DNA from: Aciduliprofundum boonei T469
GTDB taxonomy: Archaea > Thermoplasmatota > Thermoplasmata > Thermoplasmatales > Aciduliprofundaceae
Assembly: GCF_000025665.1 (NCBI RefSeq)
Contig: NC_013926.1
Span: forward strand, 1,380,001 to 1,412,000
Length of the DNA stretch: 32,000 bases
Direction of reading: 5' to 3'
A model generated the notes under the pieces. That model was not told the DNA's origin. It saw nothing but the letters and a program-made list of their open reading frames with translations, and made no database searches. Below are positions 8,955-16,402 of this stretch, piece after piece. Numbering within the stretch: position 1 is the first letter of the stretch; every line of letters starts with the position of its first letter. Made by a program: the position numbers and the translations under genes.

Positions 8955-9374
8955 GTGAAGTATGTAACATTCGTGTCCAAGGATATTTGGCCCGCCATTA
9001 ACTCATTCTGGGCTTATATAAAATTGAAGAGAAATTATCCTAAAAACATAGTAATTCTATGCTCCTACCTCAAAGCAGGCGAGCTTCTTGATAAGAAAAT
9101 AAGAATAATTTATGAAATTCTCAATAAAGAAGTATCAATAAAAACTCTAAAAATCGATGAAAATGTAGAAGGTGTGAAAAATGTAATTAGGGATATGGTG
9201 GAAAACGGAGATGTAATAGACATAACTGGAGCTAGGAAGAGCATGATTTTAGCCTTAATGCACCTGAGCAATGTGAAGATAGTGTACTTGCATTTGAGAG
9301 ATATGAGATTCTCAGAGCGTGCATTTTTGATGCGCCCCTTAGCCCTTCAAGATCTAATGGAGGTGCAGATATGA
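8955..9374 (+). CDS. Small hypothetical protein with a CARF-like (Rossmann-type ligand-sensor) signature
   Basis: 139 aa with a GTG start. A hydrophobic beta-1 is followed by polar residues (YVTFVSKD). The sequence D89-I-T-G-A-R-K95 (nt 9219-9239) fits the published CARF signature [DN]x[ST]xxx[RK]. The alternating beta/alpha pattern is Rossmann-like. No effector domain is present. The assignment rests on motifs only. Confidence 0.4.
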   Translation: MKYVTFVSKDIWPAINSFWAYIKLKRNYPKNIVILCSYLKAGELLDKKIRIIYEILNKEVSIKTLKIDENVEGVKNVIRDMVENGDVIDITGARKSMILALMHLSNVKIVYLHLRDMRFSERAFLMRPLALQDLMEVQI

Positions 9375-10381
9375 TAATCAGCAAAGATGAGCTCTTTGTA
9401 CTTCTTAACGAGTATTATTTGGACGGCCACGCTGAGATAACTGTAAGTTATCCATTCTATAATCTCCGTCTCTTCACCCTGAACCTTGAAAATTTCAAAA
9501 TAGAGAATATAATAGAAGAAAGGGAATTCTATCCATTTAAGAAAAAATTTACTGGATTCCTAAGAAGAGATATGCCAGATTATAGGGATTTAATCGATTC
9601 TTTTGTATCCTCCGGTATTGTTGATTTTGAGAATCAAGAAGAGATAGATGAGAATTTTGAGCTATTGAAAAAGGCAATTGCTGATAAAACCATTTATATA
9701 AAACCTATATTTTTAGGAATTGATACAAATATAGCATACTATCGCATAGTTTCAAGAAGATTGAAAGATGAGTTCAAGTATGTGGTAAGCCAAATTGTGG
9801 TAGATGAGATAGATGCCAGAATTCATACAAAATATTCATGGAAAATACTTCGTGCTCTTGATAATCTTCCATATCACGAACTTGTAAGTGAGTTTGCAAA
9901 TGGGAGTTCTAAAGAGGCAAGAAAAGCAAAAAATGCCATGAACGAGGTAAACTTTCTATTTGATGAACTAGATGCTTTTAGAGCGGGAGAGAGTACAGAA
10001 ACAAGAGATAAGGAGATAAGAGATAGGGAGATAGCGTTACAGTACAGCAATTTTGCCAAAGAGGTAGATGCAGAGATAGTAATTTTAACAGCTGATAAAG
10101 ATATGAGTTTTCACGCACAGGCACATGGTATCAGTTCCGTATATTTCAAATTGCCACATAAGATTTATCCTATGAAAATAGATCCTATGCGCATTCCATA
10201 TCTACTTTATGATTTAACAGTTAACTTTGGAACTATTAAAATAAACGATACAATAATCTTATCTGAATGGCGTGGAAAGGATGTGGAAAATTATCTAAAT
10301 GAGGACTTAAAGATTTACAATATGAATGACAAATTGGCGAAGGATATAAAAATATGCAGGAGGCTCAAAGATGAATTATAG
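9371..10381 (+). CDS. PIN-domain nuclease with uncharacterised N-terminal (~110 aa) and C-terminal (~75 aa) regions
   Basis: The PIN acidic quartet appears in the expected order: IFLGID118TN, VVDE146ID, RD213KEI/RD218REI, and ILTAD242KD244 followed by GISSVY. The ATG overlaps the upstream stop (ATGA at 9371-9374). Confidence 0.65.
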   Translation: MIISKDELFVLLNEYYLDGHAEITVSYPFYNLRLFTLNLENFKIENIIEEREFYPFKKKFTGFLRRDMPDYRDLIDSFVSSGIVDFENQEEIDENFELLKKAIADKTIYIKPIFLGIDTNIAYYRIVSRRLKDEFKYVVSQIVVDEIDARIHTKYSWKILRALDNLPYHELVSEFANGSSKEARKAKNAMNEVNFLFDELDAFRAGESTETRDKEIRDREIALQYSNFAKEVDAEIVILTADKDMSFHAQAHGISSVYFKLPHKIYPMKIDPMRIPYLLYDLTVNFGTIKINDTIILSEWRGKDVENYLNEDLKIYNMNDKLAKDIKICRRLKDEL

Positions 10382-11300
10382 AGAGATAAGAGCCAGATTA
10401 ATTGCCTCTTACGGAGATTTCGTATTCTTTCCATCTGATCCAGAGGTGTTCAAGATAATAAGCACAAAGGCATTCACACATCTTGTTTTGAGGGAAGATA
10501 TAACAGTATACGCTCAGAAGGCAATGGAAGAGGAGTTAGAAAATGAACTTCAGGAGAATTATGAAGTTATATACGAAACTCCAAAGCTGGAAGGAGAGTA
10601 CTTCGTTAGTCCTTACACAAATATAGTAAACATAGATTTCAAATTCAAAAATGGGCTGGAAATTTTGAAGAAAGCATTGAGAAAACCCTTTGATGAGGAA
10701 ATTGAAATAATTGAAGATTTAAGTGATAAAATAAACAAAGCTCTTGCAGAGTTCTGGAACGAGATAAGTATCGGTATGAAGGAGAGCGAAGCTAGAGCAA
10801 TTTTAGATTGCAAGCTTATTAAAGAGGGAATTGAAGGATTTACTTATCCTACCATAATTGTGAGTGGAGATAGAAGCAAGTATTTACTTCCCAAGAGTTC
10901 TGAGAATAAAATTGAGAAAGGGAAGATAATTTATGTTGATTCCTCGCCCCAAATAAACGGATACCATTTAAACTTCTCAAGAGTAATATTTACAGAGGAA
11001 AGAATAGAGTGGGTAGAGGTTCTGGAGAAAATAAATAAAATGTACTCGGGTTTATCCTCCATGATTATCCCTGGAGCCAATTGCAATTTTTTAGATGAGC
11101 AAATAAGAAAAATTGGAAATTTTCCCCATTACAGCATCATACCCTCGGGAGGGTTCTACATGCCCTATGCACCCGGCGACTGTGTAATTGAAGAAAACAT
11201 GGTTATGACAATAGTACCATCAATATACTTGGATGACGGTGTTATAAGGGTAAAGAGAAATGTTGTTGTGAAAAAAGAGAAACCTATATTTTTGGTTTAG
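10371..11300 (+). CDS. M24 (creatinase/prolidase, pita-bread fold) homolog, probably catalytically inactive
   Basis: The M24-like C-terminal half is present (TYPTIIVSGDRS, GKIIYVDSSPQINGYHLNFSRVIFT, NMVMTIVPSIY, GVIRVKRNVVV). At the canonical ligand positions I read D, N, no GHGxG His, V and K, so only 1 of the 5 ligands is retained. It overlaps the PIN gene by 11 nt. Confidence 0.6.
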   Translation: MNYREIRARLIASYGDFVFFPSDPEVFKIISTKAFTHLVLREDITVYAQKAMEEELENELQENYEVIYETPKLEGEYFVSPYTNIVNIDFKFKNGLEILKKALRKPFDEEIEIIEDLSDKINKALAEFWNEISIGMKESEARAILDCKLIKEGIEGFTYPTIIVSGDRSKYLLPKSSENKIEKGKIIYVDSSPQINGYHLNFSRVIFTEERIEWVEVLEKINKMYSGLSSMIIPGANCNFLDEQIRKIGNFPHYSIIPSGGFYMPYAPGDCVIEENMVMTIVPSIYLDDGVIRVKRNVVVKKEKPIFLV

Positions 11301-12717
11301 GCTTCTTTATTATCTTCTTTTTCCAATCCCCTTTGAAATAGAATATTCCTCCAATACCCGCAGAAACCATATTTGATATGGCCATGGCAAACCACACTCC
11401 AATTGCGTCCATCCCCATTATTAATGCAAAGTATATTGCAAGGGGAATGCGAAGTAGCCAAAGCCTTGCTGTACTGAGGATCATGCCTTGGAATGTATGC
11501 CCAGAGCCCGTTAATAGAGAGCTCTCCACTCTAAACAATCCAAAATAAGGTATACCAATAAGCACGATCGATAAAAATGTTTTAGCTCCTTGGATAACTT
11601 CAGGGTTATTGGGAATGAAGAATCTCACAATGGGATCTCGGAAAATATAGATTAATCCAGAAGCGGCAAGTAGCATATAGAACATGAGAAACATACCTTT
11701 CTGAGCAATTTCAACGCTTCTCTTTATATCATCTGCCCCTAAAGCTTGGCCCAACATTATTGTAAGAGATGCAGCCAGACCGTTAACGATTACAAACATC
11801 ATATTTACGATTCTATTACCCACACCGTAAGAAGCTATAGCTAGTACCTGATCAGGAAGTTGGGCAAGAATGCTTTGGATGATCACAAATCCAAATGCCA
11901 TAGCACTCATACTAGCACTTGAAGGCAAACCGACCCTAAGGATGAACTTGACGCTCTCCCACCTGGGCTTGAAATCTTTCCACTTTGGTTTCAATCTCAA
12001 TTTTCCCCTTAGAAGTAAATAAAGAAGCCATATAGCTGCTATCACTCTTGCAATGACGGTGGCTGTAGCAGCCCCAAAGACACCCATTTTGGGAAATCCA
12101 AATAATCCAAATATCAGAATAGGGTCCAGAATCATATTTATAAGAACGGAAACAGAGCTTATTATTAGTGGAGTAACAGTATCTCCTTCTGCAGATATAA
12201 CAGATCCTCCCCCCATTACTACGAACATAAATGGTAATCCAAGGAATATTATTGAGCCGTATGTGGCGGCAGTTTCTAAAAGCTCTCCCTTTGCGCCTAT
12301 GAGTTCAAAAATTGGATATGCAAAAATAAAGCCAAAAGTAGCCATTATAGAAGAAATTATGAGAACTACACTAAAAATCTGGCCCGTGTAGTGATTTGCC
12401 TTCTCCTTATCACCTGCACCAATATACTGCGAAATTATAGGAATGCCACCTCTTCCAAGGCCCCCTGCAAAGGAAATGAAAAAGAATATAACGGGCCAGG
12501 TAAAATTTATGGCAGCAACCGCTATTCTTGCCTCTTCTGTAGGAAGCCTCCCAAGCCAGAACATATCTGTTAAATTATAAAGTGTCTGAAGTAGGCTACT
12601 TACCATCATAGGCCAGCCTAAAAGAAACATAGTTTTAATTACCCCTCCATTCAAAATTTCCTCTCTACTCAACCTTAAAGATCGCCTTTTACTCTGATTT
12701 TCCGGGTGGGTTACCAC
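11284..12717 (-). CDS. MATE family efflux transporter
   Basis: 477 aa with about 12 hydrophobic helices. The N-terminal region is typical of MATE proteins (GVIKTMFLLGWPMMVSSLLQTLYNLTDMFWLGRL). The start is GTG. The 3' end overlaps the convergent M24-like gene by 17 nt. Confidence 0.88.
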   Translation of the reverse strand: MVTHPENQSKRRSLRLSREEILNGGVIKTMFLLGWPMMVSSLLQTLYNLTDMFWLGRLPTEEARIAVAAINFTWPVIFFFISFAGGLGRGGIPIISQYIGAGDKEKANHYTGQIFSVVLIISSIMATFGFIFAYPIFELIGAKGELLETAATYGSIIFLGLPFMFVVMGGGSVISAEGDTVTPLIISSVSVLINMILDPILIFGLFGFPKMGVFGAATATVIARVIAAIWLLYLLLRGKLRLKPKWKDFKPRWESVKFILRVGLPSSASMSAMAFGFVIIQSILAQLPDQVLAIASYGVGNRIVNMMFVIVNGLAASLTIMLGQALGADDIKRSVEIAQKGMFLMFYMLLAASGLIYIFRDPIVRFFIPNNPEVIQGAKTFLSIVLIGIPYFGLFRVESSLLTGSGHTFQGMILSTARLWLLRIPLAIYFALIMGMDAIGVWFAMAISNMVSAGIGGIFYFKGDWKKKIIKKPKPKI

Positions 12718-12735
12718 ATTCCCTTAAAAATCTAT

Positions 12736-12748
12736 AACATATTTTAAG
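12736..12748 (-). promoter_or_regulatory. Candidate TATA box for the MATE gene (minus-strand CTTAAAATATGTT)
   Basis: It is centred about 25 nt upstream of the GTG at 12717, in the 49-nt gap after the radical-SAM gene. Confidence 0.3.
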
Positions 12749-12766
12749 TTTTGTATGAGTATGCAA

Positions 12767-13777
12767 TTAAACTACCATATTTATCTTCTTCCCGCACCTA
12801 TTGCATCTTCCATCCTTTGTTAATCCCTTCAGCTCTGTATTGTAATAAACTCTCTCAATTAGTAAATTGCCACAGTTTGGGCAGTATGTACTCTCGTACT
12901 CTGGCTCCCATGTGTTGCCCAAATAAACATATTCTAAACCAACTTCCTTGGCTATTTTGTAAGCATTATGCATAGTTTTTAAAGGAGTGGGTGGTTTATC
13001 AGTTAGTTTGTACATGGGAAAAAATCTTGAAAAATGTACGGGAATTTCAGGGCTCAGTTCATAAACCCATTCTGCAAATTTTCTTATTTCTTTCGAGTCA
13101 TCATTTAAGTCGGGGATTATAAGATAGGTCAATTCAATATGTATTCCCATCCTGTATGCCCTCTCAACAGTATCTATTACAGGCTGCAATCTTGCTCCTG
13201 CTATTTTCCTATAAAATTCATCTCTAAAGGCCTTAACATCTATGTTCATAGCATCCAAGTATTGTCCTATTTCTCTAAGGGGCTCTTCGTTGATGTAGCC
13301 ATTTGTAACATAAACCGTGTATAAACCTTCTTTTTTTGCCATCTTTGAGACATCTAATGTAAACTCATGCCATATTGTCGGCTCATTATAGGTCCACGCA
13401 ACACCCTCGTAATTCCCAGCAATTTTCATAACTTCATCAGGACTCATCTCCCTCAAATATGGAAACTCCATACCTGCCTGGCTTATTTCCCAATTTTGAC
13501 AATGTTTACAGCGCATATTGCAGCCCACAGTAGATAAAGAGAGAACCTCTGATTTTGGTTTAAAGTGAAAAAGTGGCTTTTTCTCAATAGGGTCAACGGC
13601 AATTGATGATACAGAACCATAATTCAAAGTGTATAATTTACCCCCAATATTCTTTCTAACCCTGCAAACTCCAATTTGCCCCTCTTTGAGCACACATCTA
13701 TAGGGGCATAACTCGCATCTAACCTTATTATCTTCAAGCTTTGTCCAATGCTTTGCTAAAGTGAGCATATCCCTCAC
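12767..13777 (-). CDS. AmmeMemoRadiSam system radical SAM enzyme (PFL-activase-like)
   Basis: The N-terminal cysteines are present (VRCELCPYRCVLKEGQIGVCRVR), as is the radical SAM cluster GCNMRCKHCQNWEIS. The C-terminal Zn ribbon is CPNCGNLL...CNRCGKKI. Confidence 0.85.
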   Translation of the reverse strand: MRDMLTLAKHWTKLEDNKVRCELCPYRCVLKEGQIGVCRVRKNIGGKLYTLNYGSVSSIAVDPIEKKPLFHFKPKSEVLSLSTVGCNMRCKHCQNWEISQAGMEFPYLREMSPDEVMKIAGNYEGVAWTYNEPTIWHEFTLDVSKMAKKEGLYTVYVTNGYINEEPLREIGQYLDAMNIDVKAFRDEFYRKIAGARLQPVIDTVERAYRMGIHIELTYLIIPDLNDDSKEIRKFAEWVYELSPEIPVHFSRFFPMYKLTDKPPTPLKTMHNAYKIAKEVGLEYVYLGNTWEPEYESTYCPNCGNLLIERVYYNTELKGLTKDGRCNRCGKKINMVV

Positions 13778-14642
13778 CCTTTATCTTATTTCCATCTTTC
13801 CATATTCCAATTTCCTCATCCACAACACCTATCTCCTTGCCAAAAATTTTTTTAGGAGAAGTATAAACGAGCTCATACTCTCCACCGAACCCTGTGGCTA
13901 AGTACTCTAAGGGAATGTCATAATCCTCTGAAACTTCATATGCAAGCTTGTGAATGGGTAAAGAATTAAAATCAATATCCAAGCCATAATTTGCGTTTCT
14001 CATAAAAACCACTGCAGAAGCGAGGCCATCGGATAGGTCCATACAAGCCCTTGCAATTTTTGATATTTCCCTCCCTTCTCTTATGCGCGGATAGACATCC
14101 AAAATGTAATCTGCTCCTTCTTCAATTCCATTTTTCCAAAGAAAATAACCAGCAGCTTGCTTTCCAAGTTCTCCAGTGATATAAACGCCCTCTCCTTTAT
14201 TTATGGCATTTCTTAGCATAATCCTCTCTTTCTCAACCTTTCCAATGGCTATTCCAGAGAACCCAATTATGCGGGATTCTTTTAAATCTCCTCCTTTATA
14301 TGGCACATTGAAATCATTTAGAATTTCAAGCATCCCCTTCATAAAATCTTCCAAAAATCCTAAATCCATTCTTTTGGGAAAGAACATAGAAGCCATGAAA
14401 ATCTCTGGCTCCCCTCCCATAGCGGCTATATCACTCAGATTAATTGTGGCAAAGAATCTCCCAATTTTTCGTGCATTCCAATTATCCATAAAGTGAGTGC
14501 CTTCTCCTACAAAATCTGTAGTAATGAGTTGGTAATAGTTACCCCTATCTAAATAAACGCAATCATCGTAATTTTCTTTCTTACCCACAATTTCCCATAT
14601 TCTGTCGATTACTTCTCTCTCACCCAAGGAGCTAAGGTTCAT
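13734..14642 (-). CDS. thiL: Thiamine-monophosphate kinase (PurM/AIR-synthase-like superfamily)
   Basis: The N-terminus LGEREVIDRI, DDCVYL and ITTDFVGEGTHF match ThiL motifs (DDaA.l, ttD.lvegvHF). Length is 302 aa. The 3' end overlaps the start of the downstream radical-SAM gene by 35-44 nt. Confidence 0.8.
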   Translation of the reverse strand: MNLSSLGEREVIDRIWEIVGKKENYDDCVYLDRGNYYQLITTDFVGEGTHFMDNWNARKIGRFFATINLSDIAAMGGEPEIFMASMFFPKRMDLGFLEDFMKGMLEILNDFNVPYKGGDLKESRIIGFSGIAIGKVEKERIMLRNAINKGEGVYITGELGKQAAGYFLWKNGIEEGADYILDVYPRIREGREISKIARACMDLSDGLASAVVFMRNANYGLDIDFNSLPIHKLAYEVSEDYDIPLEYLATGFGGEYELVYTSPKKIFGKEIGVVDEEIGIWKDGNKIKGEGYAHFSKALDKA

Positions 14643-14718
14643 CGCTTATAATAATGCGTTATCCATTAATATTTCTTTTCCAGAGTAAGTTTTTTACCCT
14701 ACACATCATTATGGCTAT

Positions 14719-15174
14719 GTGGATTGTATAAAAGTTCATACTGTAAAAGATTCGCGTTTGGATGGCCTTAAACTTGAGGATTTCCTAGATAATTTTGAGG
14801 GAGAGACCCTTTACATACTTGACATTAATTCTTATAATAGAAGGGAGATGAACCTGAAAATTTACGATGAGCTTTCAGGGCTTTTTGAGCTCTGGATTGA
14901 TGCAGCCCCTAGAAGACACTACGATGTCATGGACATTCTTGTGATAGGCGGAAATAAGGCGATAATTGATTCTAATTTCATAAAATACAGGGAAATAGAG
15001 AAAATTTTAGAACTAACTGATAATGTTATGCTCAAATCCTACGATAGGGAGAGATTAGAAAATTTTATAATGCTTGGAGGGAGAGAGGTTATAACTTCAA
15101 AGAAACTTGCAGATTATATTGATGCAAAAACATACATAATGAAGGGAGGTGAGTTGTGCCTATGGAAAAATTAA
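14719..15174 (+). CDS. Hypothetical protein, weakly HisA/HisF-related (half-barrel-like)
   Basis: 151 aa with a GTG start. The pattern LYILDINSYNRRE...ELWIDAAPRRHYDVMDILVIGGNKAIIDSN resembles the lyvvDLdg...dgGir...Ga..vv.gT repeat of HisA/HisF-related archaeal proteins. This is weak, motif-level evidence only. Confidence 0.3.
   Translation: MDCIKVHTVKDSRLDGLKLEDFLDNFEGETLYILDINSYNRREMNLKIYDELSGLFELWIDAAPRRHYDVMDILVIGGNKAIIDSNFIKYREIEKILELTDNVMLKSYDRERLENFIMLGGREVITSKKLADYIDAKTYIMKGGELCLWKN
15145..15150 (+). promoter_or_regulatory. Shine-Dalgarno GGAGGT for the 15156 gene
   Basis: A perfect GGAGGT lies 5 nt upstream of the GTG at 15156, inside the 3' end of the upstream gene. Confidence 0.5.
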
Positions 15175-15626
15175 AGCAGATAATTGCATATGTGGTTAAA
15201 AAAAGAGGAAGAAAATTGAGGGAGGAGGATTTTGTTAATGTCTTATCCTATGATAGAAAATGGATTCCTCCCGCATCTTCCCGTGCTCTGTTTAAAGTCA
15301 TACTAGATGCAAATCTTCTTCAAAAAAATGGAGAGTACTATGAACCAAATTTTGAAATTAAAGGACTCGTGCTTCCATTAGATTTCAGTGTTAGTGATGA
15401 AGATGTAAACAAGTACTTCAAAAAAGAGGATGTTTTAACAAGGATAATCGATTATTTAACTGAAAAAATGGATAGAGAAAGAAGAGATATATTGATGGAT
15501 ATAAACTCAATAAAAAATGAGATGAGATTCATAACAATTGAGGTGGCAGCCCTTATCTATTGCAAGGAAAATAATGTGGATTGCTCACAGTTTTACAATG
15601 ATGTGGAAGAGAAGATAAAATCATAA
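15156..15626 (+). CDS. Conserved archaeal hypothetical protein, DUF2240-like
   Basis: 156 aa. The segment LSYDRKWIPPASSRALFKVILDANLLQKNGEYYEPNFEIKGLVLPLDF matches my recollection of the DUF2240 pattern (W.sP..A..l...A...gLl......l.p.Fd.....iP..F). An alternative ATG start is at 15162. Confidence 0.45.
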   Translation: MPMEKLKQIIAYVVKKRGRKLREEDFVNVLSYDRKWIPPASSRALFKVILDANLLQKNGEYYEPNFEIKGLVLPLDFSVSDEDVNKYFKKEDVLTRIIDYLTEKMDRERRDILMDINSIKNEMRFITIEVAALIYCKENNVDCSQFYNDVEEKIKS

Positions 15627-16400
15627 CTGTGACGCTCTCTCTGTGTATTTCATCGCTTCCTCCACATTACCCATCTCCATTGCTATATCTCCTGCGAGCT
15701 CGTATGCTCTTCTCTTTAACTCTTTATCATCAACATTTTCTAAAATTTTTAGCTCCTTATTTAAAAAGTAATATGCTTCCTCAATATAATCATCATCGAG
15801 ATAATATAGAGATAAAGAATGCAGAGTGTCAACTTGTCCTTTTAAATGTCCCTCCTTCTCGAATATGTCTAAAGCTCTGTAAAGGTAATCCAGCTGCCTC
15901 ATATCATCGTATAGCATAGCCCTATTGGAATAAACTGCTCCGAGGGCGATATTATCTCGCAATATTTTGAATATTTTCTCCGCCTCATCATAATTCTTCT
16001 CCGCTTCATCTCTCATTCCTATGAAATAATGTAGAAGCCCAAGATTACTGAGCAAGATACCTCTTTTTCTCTTATCATCCTCACCTTCCAATTTTGATTT
16101 TATATTTTCAATATCTTCCTTTATTCTCTCAACAAAGCGATTTACCTCGTCAATATTATTTTGTACCTTATCATTTTCCTCACCTTGAGAATTTTCAAGA
16201 GCTATGTTAAAATAATTTAGAGCCTCATCAGGATAATGAAGAAAATATAAACATAGACCTGCAAGATTTGCATTATAAGCCCTTTCATCATCCGTAGTTG
16301 CATTCTCTAAATTCTCTAAAAATAACTCTAAAGCTCTTCTGTAGTTCTCCCTATTGAAGTACTTGAGTGCATCGTTCATATAGATGCCATGGAAACTCAA
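15621..16400 (-). CDS. TPR repeat protein
   Basis: About six degenerate 34-aa TPR units are visible (e.g. AYNANLAGLCLYFLHYPDEALNYFNIALE; GILLSNLGLLHYFIGMRDEAEKNYDEAEKIF; GAVYSNRAMLYDDMRQLDYLYRALDIFE). There is no signal peptide or TM segment. Confidence 0.8.
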   Translation of the reverse strand: MSFHGIYMNDALKYFNRENYRRALELFLENLENATTDDERAYNANLAGLCLYFLHYPDEALNYFNIALENSQGEENDKVQNNIDEVNRFVERIKEDIENIKSKLEGEDDKRKRGILLSNLGLLHYFIGMRDEAEKNYDEAEKIFKILRDNIALGAVYSNRAMLYDDMRQLDYLYRALDIFEKEGHLKGQVDTLHSLSLYYLDDDYIEEAYYFLNKELKILENVDDKELKRRAYELAGDIAMEMGNVEEAMKYTERASQL

Positions 16401-16402
16401 AT

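Noticed and set aside
12053-12573. Plus-strand ORFs of 112 aa and 60 aa inside the MATE gene. Similar antisense ORFs lie at 14203-14496, 15629-15919, 16829-17080, 17217-17441, 26575-26805, 27491-27798 and 29415-30366.
   Set aside because: All are embedded antisense in genes with clear family signatures. None has a conserved motif or a plausible initiation context.
8883-12766. Calling the plus-strand cassette plus the MATE gene a horizontally acquired genomic island
   Set aside because: I could find no flanking direct repeats, integrase, tRNA target or mobile-element remnant. The compositional difference is only an impression by eye. Strand inversion alone is not sufficient evidence.
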